Positions 49,241-63,395 are shown, counted from the stretch's first letter. The stretch: 64,000 bases of DNA from Lama glama (GCA_028534125.1 CM052818.1:47866001-47930000); one strand, 5' to 3'. Notes: a model not told the origin generated them from the letters alone. Numbers and translations: made by a program.

Positions 49241-51179
49241 TTTATTTGAGAAATATTTGTATTATGTTTTTTAAACTTAATATTTCTAATACTGTCCAAA
49301 CACCATCAAAAAATTCCAAAACACTTGAATATATGCCATAATCAATTTATATGTTTTTACTTCTGTCGCCTTATTTCATGTGGATTTTTATGCATTCTTA
49401 TTATTTCTACTATCCTATTTTCTGCTCTATCTAGTACATATTGTTTGTGTTACTTTACCTTGTAATTGAGAAGATTTAAATGTCATTTAAATTACTAATA
49501 GGAGTTACATTTAAATTTCCTTCCAATTTAAGAAGTTATATTTCTGTTTTTAGTGAAATTCAAAATTAATTTCTATTTCAAATTCCTTAACAGTTAGATA
49601 AAGAATTGGGTATCCTCAGGATCCTTCTTCTTCTTACAAGTTCTACTAAAAGAGTTTGGTATTTTGAACTTATGTTCCTGTTATTAGTTATTATTTTCAT
49701 ATATTTTGTAAGAATAAATTCTCAACAATTACAGTTACTTCTGTAACAATTCCACAACTCTTAGATTTATACGTAACTATCTTCAGTGTTCATAAGAATT
49801 CTTATCGTTTTGCTTTTCCATTCCTAAGTCCTTAATTTGGGTACTTATCTTGTGACTAAAGCACGTCCTTAAGTCTTTTTAAAGACTAGTAGAGTATTGT
49901 GTATGTGAGCGCTGCGATAGCGTAATGTGTTTGTGTTTTCCTGTCGCCTGGATATGTGATTTTCATTGTTCACAGTTAACCTGGATCTTAAAAGGTGAGA
50001 AGCTGGAACAGAGAGACCATCGAGGCAGAGGGAAGAATGTTTACAAAGTAAAAGCGGTGGTGAAGAATTATCTTGGGGACAACGGCAAGAGGCTGGTGTG
50101 AACAAATCCCTCCTGGGCACTCAGAAAGGAATGCGTTCACATGAGGACAGTGTCGTTTGTGGGGTTTTTCATGCAGGGTGAAAGGATTTGGACTTCAGCC
50201 TTTAAGTTTCCTTCACTTTAATTTCTGAGTCATTTTATAATGTATATTATATGTATGCAGTAGTAAATGTCGAATTAAGAAAAAGATATGTATGCATGTA
50301 TTGAGTATGCATACTCAAAAATATTTTTAACAATAGTTAAATTTAGAAAATTTTAAAACACCATTGTAAACAATGGCGGTCAGGAACAAGAATTACACGA
50401 CAAGCCTGTGAACTCCAGTGGCTCGCTGGACCACGAAATGGTCAGGGAGCAAGACCAGAGGCTGGGAGACACCCCAGGAGGGCTTTAGTGGGGAGTTACG
50501 GGTTCGCGTGATTTCCTTAGCAGGGCTGACTTACAGCTGAGTCGGTGCTGTTAAAGCATTTCAAAGAGAGTTAAGTATTAGCGCTGGAACACTGAAAAGA
50601 AACCCTCGGGCAGCCTCGTGGCACCTACAGAAGCCTGTCCCTCCCAGTGGCTGTCACACAAGCCGGAGTGCATCTTCCTACCACTTCGCAGGGTGTCCTT
50701 GTGGAGGCTGCCCTCAGAGGAGATTCCGGAAGCCTGGTCCTGAGCAATGGCAATAAAAGTGAGCTGCAGCCCATGAGTTATGCGAAGTTCAAGGAAAGCC
50801 ACGTAAAAGGCCATATCAGGCCACAGACCAGCCTGGCTTGCTCAGAGCGACCTGCTCCGCTCTGGCCACCGCTGCCTTTTCCTGGTAAGGCCCTCTGGGG
50901 GGTGCAGCTCCAGCTGTTTTTCCCGCGGCCACGAGGCTGAACTGACCCGCCTGCAGTGCTTTCTGCCTGGTGCCTGCAGAAGTCTCCTTGCAGGGGGCTC
51001 GGCCAGCCGCTGCTGGAATGTGGCCGCCCCGTGCCCTGCCTGCCGCCCTGCTGGCAGTCACTGCTTTGGGATGATTTTAGCATCTCTTCCTGGGAGCTGA
51101 GTGCCGCTCCCCTGTGCTGCTGGCGGAGGCACAGATGATCTCCGTGGAAGTTTTTCAAAAGACAGAAGAAGTTGGACTA

Positions 51180-51480
51180 CCTTTCTAGGACTGCCACAAC
51201 GAGACAGACTAGGGGACTTATGCAATAAAAAACGCATTTCCTCATGGTTCTGGAGCCAGAAGTCCAGAATCAAGGTGTTGATGGGCCTGGTGTCCCCTGA
51301 GGCTCCTCTCCTTGGCCCGCACACAGCTGCGTTCCTCCTGTGACCTCACATGGTCTTCTGTGAGTGACAGTGTGTCCTAATCTCTTCTCCTTGTAAGAAT
51401 TACCTTTTTAAAGACCAAAGAAAGTTACATTGGGGGTTAGTACTTCAACATAGCACTTGGGGACATAATCTAGCACCTAT
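51180..51480 (-). mobile_element. MLT1A-like MaLR LTR, internally deleted
   Basis: GTTCTGGAGCCAGAAGTCCAGAATCAAGGTGTTG...CCTCACATGG...TTGGGGGTTAGTACTTCAACATA. Confidence 0.82.
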
Positions 51481-52030
51481 GAGTAGCCATTTAAAGCTTA
51501 AAGATATTCATAACATTTGACCAAGCAAGCTTACTTCTGGAGTTTCACTCTATGGATAAACCTAAAATTTAGACAAGCTTTTAGGCACAAGGATGCTAAT
51601 AAAAGTGTCATTCATTTATTATATTGGAAGATTCACTAGCAGTCTAGTGGAAGAACCCATCTCAAGAAAATAGTCAATTTTAGGAGTTCCAACCTTCAGA
51701 GAGGGAAGATGAGGTGGCAAGACGGGAAAAAGCATTGGGAGGAGCAGGCTGGGCACTGAGACAACCATGGGGAGAGCAGATGGAGTTTCACCAGCCTTGT
51801 GAGTGCAGATTTTGAGTAAATAGAGAGCATCCTGGAGAAGTTATTTAGGAAGTCATGCTGTGCAATGTCCTATATAATTCTGTTGCCAAACTCGTAAGAA
51901 AGAAAGTCTTCCATAACAATCCATGTGATTCTTGAGGACTTTGGCCAATGTGCTCAGAGTCTTTTGTATGTGGTCATCAGCTGAAATTCATCATTGTGTG
52001 GCTCGGTCTTTTAACGTTTACATTTTAAAG

Positions 52031-52104
52031 TTTTATTTTTATTTTTTTTTAAATATAGTCAATTTACGATGTTGTGCTAATTTCTGGTGTACAGCAGAGT
52101 GATC
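52031..52104 (-). mobile_element. Very short younger L1 3' tail
   Basis: T-rich tail, then ATATAGTCAATTTACGATGTTGTGCTAATTTCTGGTGTACAGCAGAGTGAT. Confidence 0.75.
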
Positions 52105-52109
52105 GACTG

Positions 52110-55100
52110 TGGTGAAAGATATATCATGCTAATACTGATCAAAAGAAATAAAGAGTAGCTGTATTAATTTCAGACAGGACAGACTCCAAAGTGAGGAGTT
52201 ATCAGGAATAAAGTTATCACACGATAGAAAAGAAGTCAATTCTTCATGAAGACATGACAACTCTAAACATGTATACACCTAAAACAGAGGCAAATATTTG
52301 AGGCAAAAACTGATAGAACTTCAAGGGTAAATAGATGAATTTACTCGTAGTTGTAGATTTCAACATCCCTCTCTCAGAAATGGACAGATCCAGCAAAGAG
52401 GATTTGTGTAAGAACACAGGTGAATTTAGCACCAACATCAATCAACTGGATATAATTGACATCTATAGACTATTTCATCCAACAGCAGAATATGCATATT
52501 TCTGAACCTCACATAGAATATTAACCAAAATAGACAAAATTCTGGATCTTGAAACACATCTTAACAGAATTAAAAGAATAGAAATCATACAAGTCACTCT
52601 CAGACCACAGTGAAACTAGAAATCAATAACAGAAATATAATGCTAAAATCCCCAAATGTACTGAGATTAAAGAATACATTTCTAAATAAAACATGGGTGA
52701 AAGGAGATATCTCAAGAGGAATTAAAAGTAGTTTTTAACTAAATAAAAATAAAAACACAAATTATCAAAATTTGTGGGTTGCAGTAAAAAGCAGGGCTTA
52801 GGGGGAAAATCTGTAGTATTGAATGCACATGTTAGAAAAGAAAGATCTAAAATCAATAATCTAAGTTCCTTAGAAAACTAGAAAGTAAAAGAACAAATTA
52901 AACCTCATGTAAGCAGAAGAAAGGTAATGAGAACAATTAAAGCACAAATCAATGAAATTAAAAGCAGGAAATCAATAGAGAAAATAGCAAAACCAAAAGA
53001 TGTTTCTTTGAAAAGGTCAATAAAATTGATAGGCCTCTAGCCAGGCTAACTAAGAAAAAAAGAGAGAAGACACAATTACTAATATCAGACATGAAAGAGG
53101 GGGCATCACCAAAGACCCCATAGCAATTAGAAGAATAATGATGGAATAATATAAAAACTCTATGCCCATAAATTTGATAACATAAATGGAATGGATCAAC
53201 TTCTTGAAAGATGCAATCTGCAAATCTCACACAGGAATAAACAGATGATCTGAATATACCTGTACCTATGAAATAAATTGTATCAATAACCAATGAAGTT
53301 TCAAAACAGAAAACACCAGGTCCAGATAGGTTTACAAGTTAATTCTACCACATATGTAAGAAAGAAATTAAATCAATTCTCTGTCATCTCTTTAAGAAGG
53401 TAGCAGCAGAGGTAATACTTACTAATTTCTTCAATGAGATCAGCATCACACTAGCAGCAAAACCAGACAAAGACATTACAAGAAAAAATGTTATAGACCA
53501 ATATGTCTCATGGAGATAGATGCAGAAATTCTTAACAAAATTTGGCATCAAATGCAAAGGCATAAAAAAATTGTACTCCCTGACAGTAGGATTCATCCCA
53601 GTTATACATGGATGGTACAACATTTGAAAAACAGTTGATGTAATTCATCATGTCAAAAGACAGAAAGAGAAGAATCACATGATCAAATCAATAAATGTAT
53701 ATAAAGCATTAAAAAAATCTAACACACAGTCATGATCAAAACTCAATACACTAAGAACAGAGGGGAACTTTCTCAACTTGCTAAAAACTATCTACAAAAA
53801 ACCTACAGAGAACATTATACTTAATGGTGAAAATCTCAAGCTTTCCCACTAAGATCAGGTACAAGGCAAGGGCGTCCCCTCTCACCACTCCTTTTAACAT
53901 CATGCTGTGAATCCTACCTACAGCAATAGGCAAGGAAAGGAAATAAAAGGTGTACAGGTTGGGAAGGAAACATAAAATTGTCTGTTCACAGATAATGTGA
54001 TCATCTATGTAGAAAATCTGAAAAAGTCTCCTACAACAAATAAGGGATAATAGGAAGGCTGCAGAATAAAAAGTCAATATACAAATGTCGATTGCTTTCC
54101 TGTATAGCAACAACGAATAAGTGGAATTTGAAATGAAAAACATAACACCATTTACAGTACTACTCCTCTTAAATGAAATACTAAGGCATAAAACGTGTAC
54201 AAGATCTATGTGATGAAAACTACAAAACTGTAATGAAATAAAATAGAACTAAACAGATATTCCATGTTCATGGACAGGAAGACTTAACATTGTCTGTATA
54301 TCAGTTCTTCTCAGCCAGTCCCAGACAAAATCTCAAGAAGTTATTTTATGGATATGAACAAACTAATTCTAAAGTTTAGATGGAGAGCCAGCAGACCCAG
54401 AATAACCAACACAGTGTTGAATGAGAAGAACAAAGTTGGAGGACTGGCATTGCCTGACTTCAAGAAAAACGATAAAGCTACGTGGTCAAGACAGCGCAGC
54501 ACTGGTGAAAGAACAGAGGAATAGATCCATGGGATGGAGCAGAGAACCCCAGAATCGACCTCCTTAAACAGTCAGCACAACTTTGGCAAAGAAGCAAAGG
54601 CAAAACAAAGGAGGGAAGACAGTCTCTCCAGCAAGGTGCTGTAACACCTGGAGATCCACATGCAAAAAAGTAAACGTAGACACAGACATCACACCCTTTA
54701 CAAAAATGAACTACAAATGAATCATGGCTCCAAAACCTCACATTATAAAACCCTCAAATACCATATAGTATGACTTTTATGTGTAATCCCCCCAAAATGA
54801 CACAAATGAGCTTATTTACCAAAGAGAAACAGATTCACAGACACAGTCAACAAACTTACGGTTACCAGAGGGGAAGGCGGGCGTGGAGGGATGACGTTGG
54901 AGCCCAGGATTTGCAGATACACACTGCTATGCTAAAACAGATGAACTGCAAGGTCGCGCAAGGTGTCGCGCAGGGAACTGTATTCAATACCTTGGAACAG
55001 CTTACCATGAAAAAGAATATGAAAAGGAATATATATATATATATATTATAACTGAATCATTGTGCTGTGCATCAGAAATTAGCACAACTTTGTAAACTGA

Positions 55101-56240
55101 CTATACTTCAATAAAAATAAATAGATAAAAATATTTTAAAATAATAAAACCCTTAGAAGTTCATATCAGATAAAGCCTCGATGACCTTGGGTATGGTTAC
55201 GCTTTTTTAGATACAACTTACAAAAGACACAGTCCAGGAAAGAATTGATAAGTTGGACAATTAAAATCGAAAATGTCTGCTCTGTGAAAGACAATATCAA
55301 GAAAATTAGAAGACAAGCCACTTAGAAAACTGGGAGAAAATATTTGCAAAACACACAGAAGATAAGATGTTTTCATCCCAAACATACAAAGAACCCTTAA
55401 AATTTGACCATAAGAAAGCCAAAAACCTCATTAAAAAATGGGACCAAGACCTTAACAGGCACCACACCAAAGAAAATATACAGATGGCAAACAAGCATGC
55501 CTCATATCCTACGTCCTCAGGGACATTCAAATTAGAACATCAGTGAGACATCACTGCGCACCTGTTAGAAAGGCCAAAACTCAGAGCAGCGACACCGCCA
55601 AGCAATGATGAGGGTGTGGAGCAGCAGGAACACTCATTCATTGCGGTGGGAATGCAAAATGATGCAGCCACTTTAGAAGACAGCTTGGCCATTTCTTACA
55701 AAACTGAAAATACTTTTACTATCCTTTCCAACAGCTGTGCTCCCTGGTACTTACTCAGAGGAGTGGAAAACTTACGTCCTCACAAAAAACTGCACATGGA
55801 TGTTTATAGCAGCTTCACTCATAATTGCCAAACTTGGAAGCAACCAAGATGTCCTTCAGTAGGTGAATGGATCAATAAATCATGGTGCATCCAGACGGTG
55901 GAATATTATTCAGCACTAAGAAGAAATAAGCTATTAAGCCATGAAAAAATACAGGGAAACCTTAAATGCATTTTTTTAAGTGAAAGAAGTCAAGTTGAAA
56001 AGGCAACATTCTGTATGATTCCAACTCTATGACACTCTGGAAAAGTCAAAAGTACAGAGATGGTAAGAAGTTCAGTGATTGTTGAAATGCATTTCAAAAG
56101 ATGAAAAGGCAGAGTACAGGGGATTTTTTTAAAGCAGTGAAAATACCCTTTATGATATTGTAATGGTGGATACGTGCTGTTAGAAGCTTGCCAAGACCTA
56201 CAGAGTGTACAACACCAAGAGTGAATAATAAGGTGGACTC
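52110..56240 (+). mobile_element. L1MC1-like LINE, ~4 kb decayed ORF2 (endonuclease, RT and C-terminal regions) plus partial 3' UTR
   Basis: Continuous A-rich L1 ORF2 similarity with many stops and frameshifts. ORF 55616-56032 contains TWKQPRCPSVGEWINKSWCIQTVEYYSALRRN (L1 ORF2 C-terminus). The 3' UTR motif GTACAACACCAAGAGTGAA is shared with the element at 5335-5978. Confidence 0.92.
54755..55143 (+). mobile_element. Younger artiodactyl/camelid-type L1 3' end nested in the L1MC1-like element, 10-bp TSD
   Basis: ACACAAATGAGCTTATTTAC...AAACAGATTCACAGAC...TGTAAACTGACTATACTTCAATAAAA. TSD ATAAAACCCT at 54745-54754 and 55144-55153. Confidence 0.9.
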
Positions 56241-59200
56241 CCGTTGTCTCAACCCCGTCATCCACGAGCATGTGAGTCAGCTCCCGGCTCCCATGGCTCT
56301 TCCTGTGCTAGTCCTTATGGTTAAGTGTGCTTCTCCCACTAGCCTCGCTAGTCCACGAGACAGTAGCATCCTTTCAACCCGAGATCAGGTAAAGTACCCT
56401 CCTGGGAGCTTTCCCTAGTCTCCCAGAGAGATGAACGCTCTTTTTGCAGCATGCGTCACACAATACGGTGATTTCTTGGCTAATGTTTTTGTCTGCCTTG
56501 TGACACAATCTCCCTAAAGAGTGGGGCAGAGAATCTCGACCCTAGCAAGGAGGCTGACCTCTCTGGCGTGCACTAGGATCTCAGCAGCGTCTGATGAAGA
56601 CAGTGATACAACCAAAGGATATTTGGTCCTGGGTCTGCCATTATTTATTGGCTCTATGAATTCCGAAATCTTCAGAACATTCCTGAAATCTACTCTCTTC
56701 ATTTGCAGAACAGAGATAACAACCATACCTTCCTGGCTAGTTATTCTGAGTATTAAGTTCATTGTTCTTTTTAAGAATGTTTTACAAATTATGTTTATTA
56801 AACATGCAATAACATTTTCAATGTTTCCTTTCTCAGCTGGGTTTGATAATTACATGATGCGAATGACACAGCCATGTCCCATGCAAATTTGTCCCAAATT
56901 ACATGTGACATACTTACATTAAGTAAGTAAATGAAATTTATTTATTGTGTATTGGAAATTCAAAAAACAAACAAGCAAGAAAGGCTGACGGAGCCTAATG
57001 ATTTTCCTTTTAAATGAATTTCCAGGCAGGATCTGTAAGAACGTGTCCACACGGCTGAAGGTCATTTTACACCCTTGGAAATTTTAGCAACATATTCCCC
57101 AGGAAGAAGCGTGTCCTTAGATAAAGTGGTAAATGGTGCTTGAAAGCAGAAAGATCAAGAAAGTGCCAGGGCCACGCAGCAATTATGATGTCTCCGCCTC
57201 ATGTCAGCAGATGAGTCCTGATGTCTGTCAATCTAAAAGCCAGGAGTTCTGTCCCTGCATCTAAAACTCTGTGCTCTTTGAACACAACAAATATAGGAAA
57301 AGAAGCAAAAGTGTCAAAAAAAAAAAAAAGAAAAGAGAGAAAAACTATAGCTCGAAAAGCGTACAAAAGCATACAGTTCTTTTGCTGTCATAATCTGGCC
57401 AACAGGGTAAACAATTTGGATCCTCTAATCTCTCTGAAAGGTCTCATGATGAAGTATCTTTCTCTTTGTGTAGAAGTCACAATTCAAATCGTTTGGGACA
57501 TCTGTGCACCTTACAATAACACAGGTAATCATGTTGCACAAGCGGGGATCTGAAACGTGCATCCGAGCTAAATTCAGTGAGAGAGTTCTCAAGTGAGGGA
57601 GGTGTGTTTTATTTGCTGAATGCTGAAACTAGAGCTTTGAACCAGATGATGAAAGGGTTTTATTTAGAACAGGGCAGAGTGGATACCACACAGTCGTCGA
57701 GGGAAATATGCTTGAAGATTATCCCTGTGTTTGCCTCCAACGATTAGATTAAAACATAGTCATTACTAAAAGCGTTGGGATATATAGAATTTTTCAGTGT
57801 AAAATTGCCTAATATGACATATATCTGTCTATTAGATTTCTAGTCACCACCTAACGTTGGGCCAATCTAACAAGGTAATCTCTGCCCCACAGTCTCCCGC
57901 ACGCGAGTCTCTGGATGCTGCAAGGGGAAGAGAATCCCGGCTGAAGAATGAAGCCCGGGGAAGGCACTGCGTCTGGAGCCCCGGCGCTGGGGTCTAGGAC
58001 GGGGGTGAGTGTCAGAGCGAAGTTGCCACGGCAACCTGGTTTCTTATGCGTTACCGTGGAGTAACTGGGATTCAAACTTAATGGGATTTATAGGTGGAAA
58101 CCATCGCCTCATATTAACCCCTCAGCACAACATAGGTGAGGCAGGCACTGCCCTCCAGAAGCCTGCGCTTCAGGCATAAGTGCGTCTCAAAACGAACCCT
58201 CCACGTTTGCCTCCCGGGATGGCTAGCAGCTCCAGCAGGCGCGGGGCGTGTGTGCCCCTCCTCACGCCCAGCAGCGGCTGCCCTTCGCTGAGTATGTCCA
58301 AGCTCTTCACAGACCCGCCCCTGCCCCCGCCTCTCACAGGAACCCCCGAGGATACTGTTGAGGAAACTGAGTCCCAGAATAGAAGCAACTTACCCAAGGC
58401 CACAGGGGCTCAAAGCCAGCTCTCCTTTTCAAGACATCGTGTTGCCTTGTCTCGCTGGTAAGACTTCCACCTCTGGGGATGTAAAGACAGGCCCAAGTTG
58501 GCTGGATCTCTGGGACCTCAGGGATGTGTTCATGTTCAGTAAAGCATCTGAGCTCGGCACCTGCTTGTATTGGGGTGCCTTCCTCCGTTTTTCTAAAAAC
58601 TGCCAGGACTTTGAATCCCTCAGTTTCACCTTTCTCATCTTGTCACATTTCATTCTGTGCACGAGCTCCTGGCGTCACTCCTGCGAACTTGCCCCTGGGG
58701 ACCCCCCGCACCCGGGACACAGAGCTGCCGCCTTCTCCAGGGGCCTCAGGGTCGCTAGGCGGAAAGGAAGGGTGCGCCTTCCCGTGGCCTTGTCTCAGGC
58801 ACGGACGCAGACCCATCCTCTCGCTCTGCTCCACAAAGCTGGGATGCTACAATGATTAACAAAGCTGCACTTCATAGCTGGATTTTAAAAATTAAAAAAT
58901 AAAAAATGAAAAAGCAAAATCTGTCGAGCATGCTCTTTCCTTGAGGGTCTCCAGGGGCTGACATCTGACATCCTTCTTGGCTACCAGTCTGCGGCTTGGA
59001 TTCCTTCCTCAGAACAGAGACCCCATTCCTGCCTTCACTCTTTCCCTGGCTCCAGGTCCCTCATCCACCTTCTCTCACATATACCAGAGGAAGACAGGAA
59101 AATCGTTACAGACCAAAATAGAATCTCTGCAGTGATGTGTCTGTCCCCTCGCTCCTACCCCTCAGGAAAGAGTGATCTGTGCAATAATTGCTCTTTCTCT

Positions 59201-59764
59201 TTTCTTTTTTCTTCAGTTGCCTTCTATGCTTGGCTCAGTTACTTAAGATCTTTATATAACCAAAGGCCGTTAAAGTATTTTCCCAAATGAACGCTCAGTC
59301 CTCCCACTGAGATAAATTATGTTGTCATCCCTCACATGCAGACAGTGAAGCTGAAAAAATAGCTAGCTTTAAAGTAATGTTCCCAGAGTTCTGTAACATG
59401 TGTATCTGCCTCGAAAAATTATATTAACATCTTAAAGAATGAACTCAAGGGAACCACTGGAGGTTTTAGGCAAGGTTTTGAAAACGATGCGTCTACGTTC
59501 ACCACATTTAAGAACTGCCACGTAGCGCTGGATTAGCTCTTACTTCGATACCATAGTGCTCTGGGTACACTCCCAGTTTGCATCTGAGATATTTGAGGCC
59601 CAACAATATTAAATATATCCCCAGGCCATAAAGTGGCCAATCTAGGTTCTAGAATCAGCTTCTGACTCCCAGTCCACTGGTCTTGCCACTGTATGAAGTT
59701 GGTGGCCAGAAGCCATGAATCTCCAAGGAAATCTAGACATCAGAGAAGACAGAAGTGCAGTACC

Positions 59765-59890
59765 TTCTGGGGAGTAATTAGGTGTGTGTGTGTGTGTGTA
59801 TATGTATTTTTTAATGGAGGTCCTGGGGATCGAACACAGGACTTCTTGCATACTAAGCATGTGCGCTGCCACTGAGCCGTGCTCCACCTT
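59765..59890 (-). mobile_element. Camelid tRNA-derived SINE (Vic-1 type) with 9-bp TSD
   Basis: The reverse complement reads GCTCAGTGGCAGCGCACATGCTTAGTATGCAAGAAGTCCTGTGTTCGATCCCCAGGACCTCCATTAAAAAA...CCTAATTACTCCCC, with A- and B-box-like motifs. TSD AAGTGCAGT at 59753-59761 and 59894-59902. Confidence 0.88.
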
Positions 59891-60539
59891 TGCAAGTGCA
59901 GTCATTTGAGGGTCTTCTGTTTCCCCAGTTATTAGTGGCGAGGTGGCTTCCCACCGAACCGCCCAGTGCTCCTAGGTGTTCTAGGTGTGTGGCGGTAAAT
60001 GAATCAGAACCTTAGAGATCTTCGGGTCCCACCTTCAGCACACGCTGGATGCAGGAGCCGCTGGGGGATGTGTCTGGTTCCTGGTGAGGGACCAGGTGCC
60101 CAGGTTGTGTGGAACGTGAGCATCTCCAAAGAGCAGCCTGGGGGAGCGGAGAGCAGGCGAGCTGTTTCTTACTCTAAGAAACTCAGTGAATGTGGCACTG
60201 CTGGGGGACCGTGAGAAATGAGACTGAGAGGAGCCAAGGTCGTGACCAGAAAGAAACCGACAAACTCAGAATTTCGTGGGTAACATAGAAAACTTGACCT
60301 TGTTGTAGAGATAAGGGAAAATGAGGAAGACTAAACCGGCTGCACGTCTAGGGCGTGACCTGGAGGGAGACTTAGGGTCCAGCTGCGCTGGTGGTCTGCA
60401 GCCGCAAGGGGACGAGGTCTTCCTGGGGCCCTGATTCTGCTGCCTGGGACACGGACCCACAGCACAGGTCTCCCCTTTAAAGCTTCTCACTGGGACTCCT
60501 TCATTTTCTGCCCTGGTTACAAAGTGCCAAGGTTTAGGC

Positions 60540-60965
60540 AGACGTCGTGAGGGCGGATTTGACTGATGCTCTGAATCGCTGTCAGCGTGACTGGACTCTA
60601 GGCTGGTGGCCACTCTGTGGACTGACGGCCTCCGGGTGGGGCGCCGGCCCGTCCTCAGGGCCGCGGCTGTGCGGGCACTCTCACACGGCGGGCCGCGCTG
60701 TGCGTCTGACGTCCTTCTCACGGGCTGTGCTCGCGGTCCTGGAGGAAGGTCGCAGCAGAGCGCCTGGCGCACCCCGTCAGGCTTGGGCAGTAAGCAAGGT
60801 GAGGCCAAAGGCAGGGAAGTGGCCAGCAAACCGCTTGCTGCGCACGCTCAGAGCAGAACAAACAGAAACCCAAGGGATGCGTCGGGCGAGTCACTCAGAG
60901 CCGAGTCCCAGCACACTGTGCGCGGCGGTCACCGCCCCGGGATGCCCCACAGCACGGAACCACAC
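60540..60965. promoter_or_regulatory. CpG-rich patch of unknown function
   Basis: Locally dense CpG over ~400 bp, with no recognisable repeat or CDS. Confidence 0.35.
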
Positions 60966-61664
60966 TGGGTCTTGAACATCATGAGTTTTTATTCATTGCA
61001 TCATGTGTTATCTTTTCCTTTTTAGCACAATGAGTGGATGAACAAAAGGCAGAGATTAACCTGCCTCAGTCCTCATTTATGAGAGAAGTGAACTTGTGTT
61101 CCAGGTGTGACCTACCCTGCTGGCATCTTTGAGGGCTGCCAGCTGGCTTCACTGTGGTGCCCAGCCCAGGGTCTACAATGACACTGTGGCAAATGTGGGC
61201 AGGACGGGGGCTGCTACCAATTTGTGTACACCTGAAACTCATTATCTTGGAACAAGCTTTCACTGAGCTGGGCGCTCTGGAAACAATCATTTGTCAAAGG
61301 AAATGTCACAAAACTCCCGCCTGCAATTCCCTTGTACTCTGAAGCATGTCGAGACAGTGGGGTTGACGACCGAGAATCAGGGGAAGACTCATTCACTATA
61401 TGAATCAAGGGTCTAATGCTCTTAAAATGTGACTATAGAATCAAGTGGACTGGATGCCATAGTCCTGCCAATGAACAGGGATTAATGTCCTGCCTGCGCT
61501 GGCAAGTGTAGGCTGTCACACCCACAAGCTGTCTTGAATCACTTTTGGTATTTGATCCAAAGGGTTTTTTTTTTTTTTAATATTCCTCCCTCCCCTAGTT
61601 TTTCAAACAAGCAGTGCTAACGTAGTGCCTATAAAATACATGCCACATTCTCCTTATCCATTCA

Positions 61665-62170
61665 AATACAATGAAACATTCAGCCATGAAAAAGAAAGGA
61701 AATCCTGCCATCTGATACAACACAGGTGAAACCGAGGGGCATTATACTCAGTGAAATGGGCCAGAGAAAGAGAAATTACTGTATGTGTATATGTGGAATT
61801 CAGAAAAAGCTGAGCTCAAAGAAACCGGGAGTGGAATGGTGGCTTCCAGGGGCTGGTGGGGAGGGTAGACGGGGAGATGTTGGTCAAAGGGAACAAATAT
61901 AAGATTAATAAACTATAAGGATCTAACTTATAGCTTGATGGCTACAGTTAACAATACTCCATTATATACTTGAAATTTGCTAAGATGGTAGACCTGTGTT
62001 CTTACCCTGCAAAAAATGTAATGTGAGGTGATGAATGTGTTAAGTAACTTGATTGTGGTAATCATTCCACAATGTACACATGTATCAAAGCATCACATTG
62101 TACACTTTCAACATATACAGTGTATTTGTCAGTTAGACCTCAGCAAAGTTGAAGAGGAAAAAAAGAAAAT
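61665..62170 (+). mobile_element. L1MA9-like 3' end
   Basis: TTCAGCCATGAAAAAGAAAGGAAATCCTGCCAT...GGGGAGATGTTGGTCAAAGGG...ACTTGAAATTTGCTAAGA...GATTGTGGTAATCATTCCACAATGTA. Confidence 0.88.
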
Positions 62171-63214
62171 AATCTGAGAGTTACATCCGATTTAGCTTGC
62201 CTGCATTGAAAAATCCCTCCACATTTTAACATGGATTTTTTAAATCCCTGTTTTACAATGAAGGAGAAGAACTAATGTTTTTGATCTACTGGTGTCCTAC
62301 TGTGGATCTGGACCTCTGTGTGAGCCTTCTCTTTGAATCTGCTCAGGATCTATTTTACAAACTGGGGCGTGAGAGTGAGATCGCACAATTAGCGAACAGG
62401 GAAAAAAACCAGACCTGTTTTTCTCCAGAGCCTGTAACCCTCCTACTGCAAAGCAACATTTCCTTTTAAAGAGAGTTGCGTATTGTTGAAACGACTATAT
62501 TTTAAGGTGATATTAGCAAATTGGTCTTGATATGACTGAAAAAAGCAGCCTCATTGGATACATGCCCTCAGAAGCTCCTTGTAGGGTTTAGCATCAGCTG
62601 CAGGCACACTTGCTGCTCACCTACAATACTCACCCCACCTTTCGTCCTTTGGCAACAGAGTCTGGAAGGGAGACTGGCTGTCCAGGACCTGAACTGCCTC
62701 CTAGGTTCTCCTGTAGCTGGAGCCGGCCGTGAACCTGGATAGCGGCCACTGAAATGGGAGCCGCCATGACGCGAGCAACTTCCGCGCTGGCTCCTGAAGA
62801 AGATGGATGTGTCCCCCACAGGCAGCAGGCGCCCTTTTGAATTACCAGGCACTTTCTTGGCCGTTGCTCTCCGTGTTTGATTGTGCTTCCCTCTAGGCCC
62901 AACCGACCGCCAATGAATAAGGAACTGAAAGGAGAGGGACCAGGAGCAGTGACAGTATCGTCCCTGGCAGTGCTAACAGCTCTGCGTCCAAGGTTTAATC
63001 GCGCCCCAAGCCATGAACTTATTTTGTACCTACTACGCACTAGGAACTTAACAACTGCCAGGGAAGCTACAAACCGAATAGCACGCAGATCTTTCCCTTC
63101 AGGAGTCTGTCTTCCCGTGAAGAGAGAGAGAGGAGGGAGGCGTGATAAATCCCGAATGGCTGGTCGCTGTGATTTCATGTAACGGACAAAGACAGGGCTA
63201 TTTTCGTTCTTCCT

Positions 63215-63395
63215 GCTACTTAACAGTTGCATGACTAGGGAGAGCTGCGTAACTTTCCCAAACCTTGATTTTTCATGCATAAAATACAAATGTTAACAGT
63301 GCTTCCTTCCACAGGGTTATTGTAAGGATGAAATAAGATAATCCACAGAAAGGAGTTGGCGTAGTGCCTGACGGCGGCAGAGCACTTGAAAAATG
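63215..63395 (+). mobile_element. MIR SINE
   Basis: CACAGGGTTATTGTAAGGATGAAATAAGATAATCCA...GTAGTGCCTGAC. Confidence 0.75.

Noticed and set aside
55616..56032. 138-aa ORF with L1 ORF2 C-terminal motifs
   Set aside because: Remnant of a dead L1 with many disablements upstream, not a host gene.
59800..59890. tRNA-like sequence
   Set aside because: It is the head of a tRNA-derived SINE, with a tail and TSD, not a tRNA gene.
62760..62840. GCCGCCATG Kozak-like start
   Set aside because: The frame closes after 24 codons (MTRATSALAPEEDGCVPHRQQAPF) and I found no supporting exon structure.
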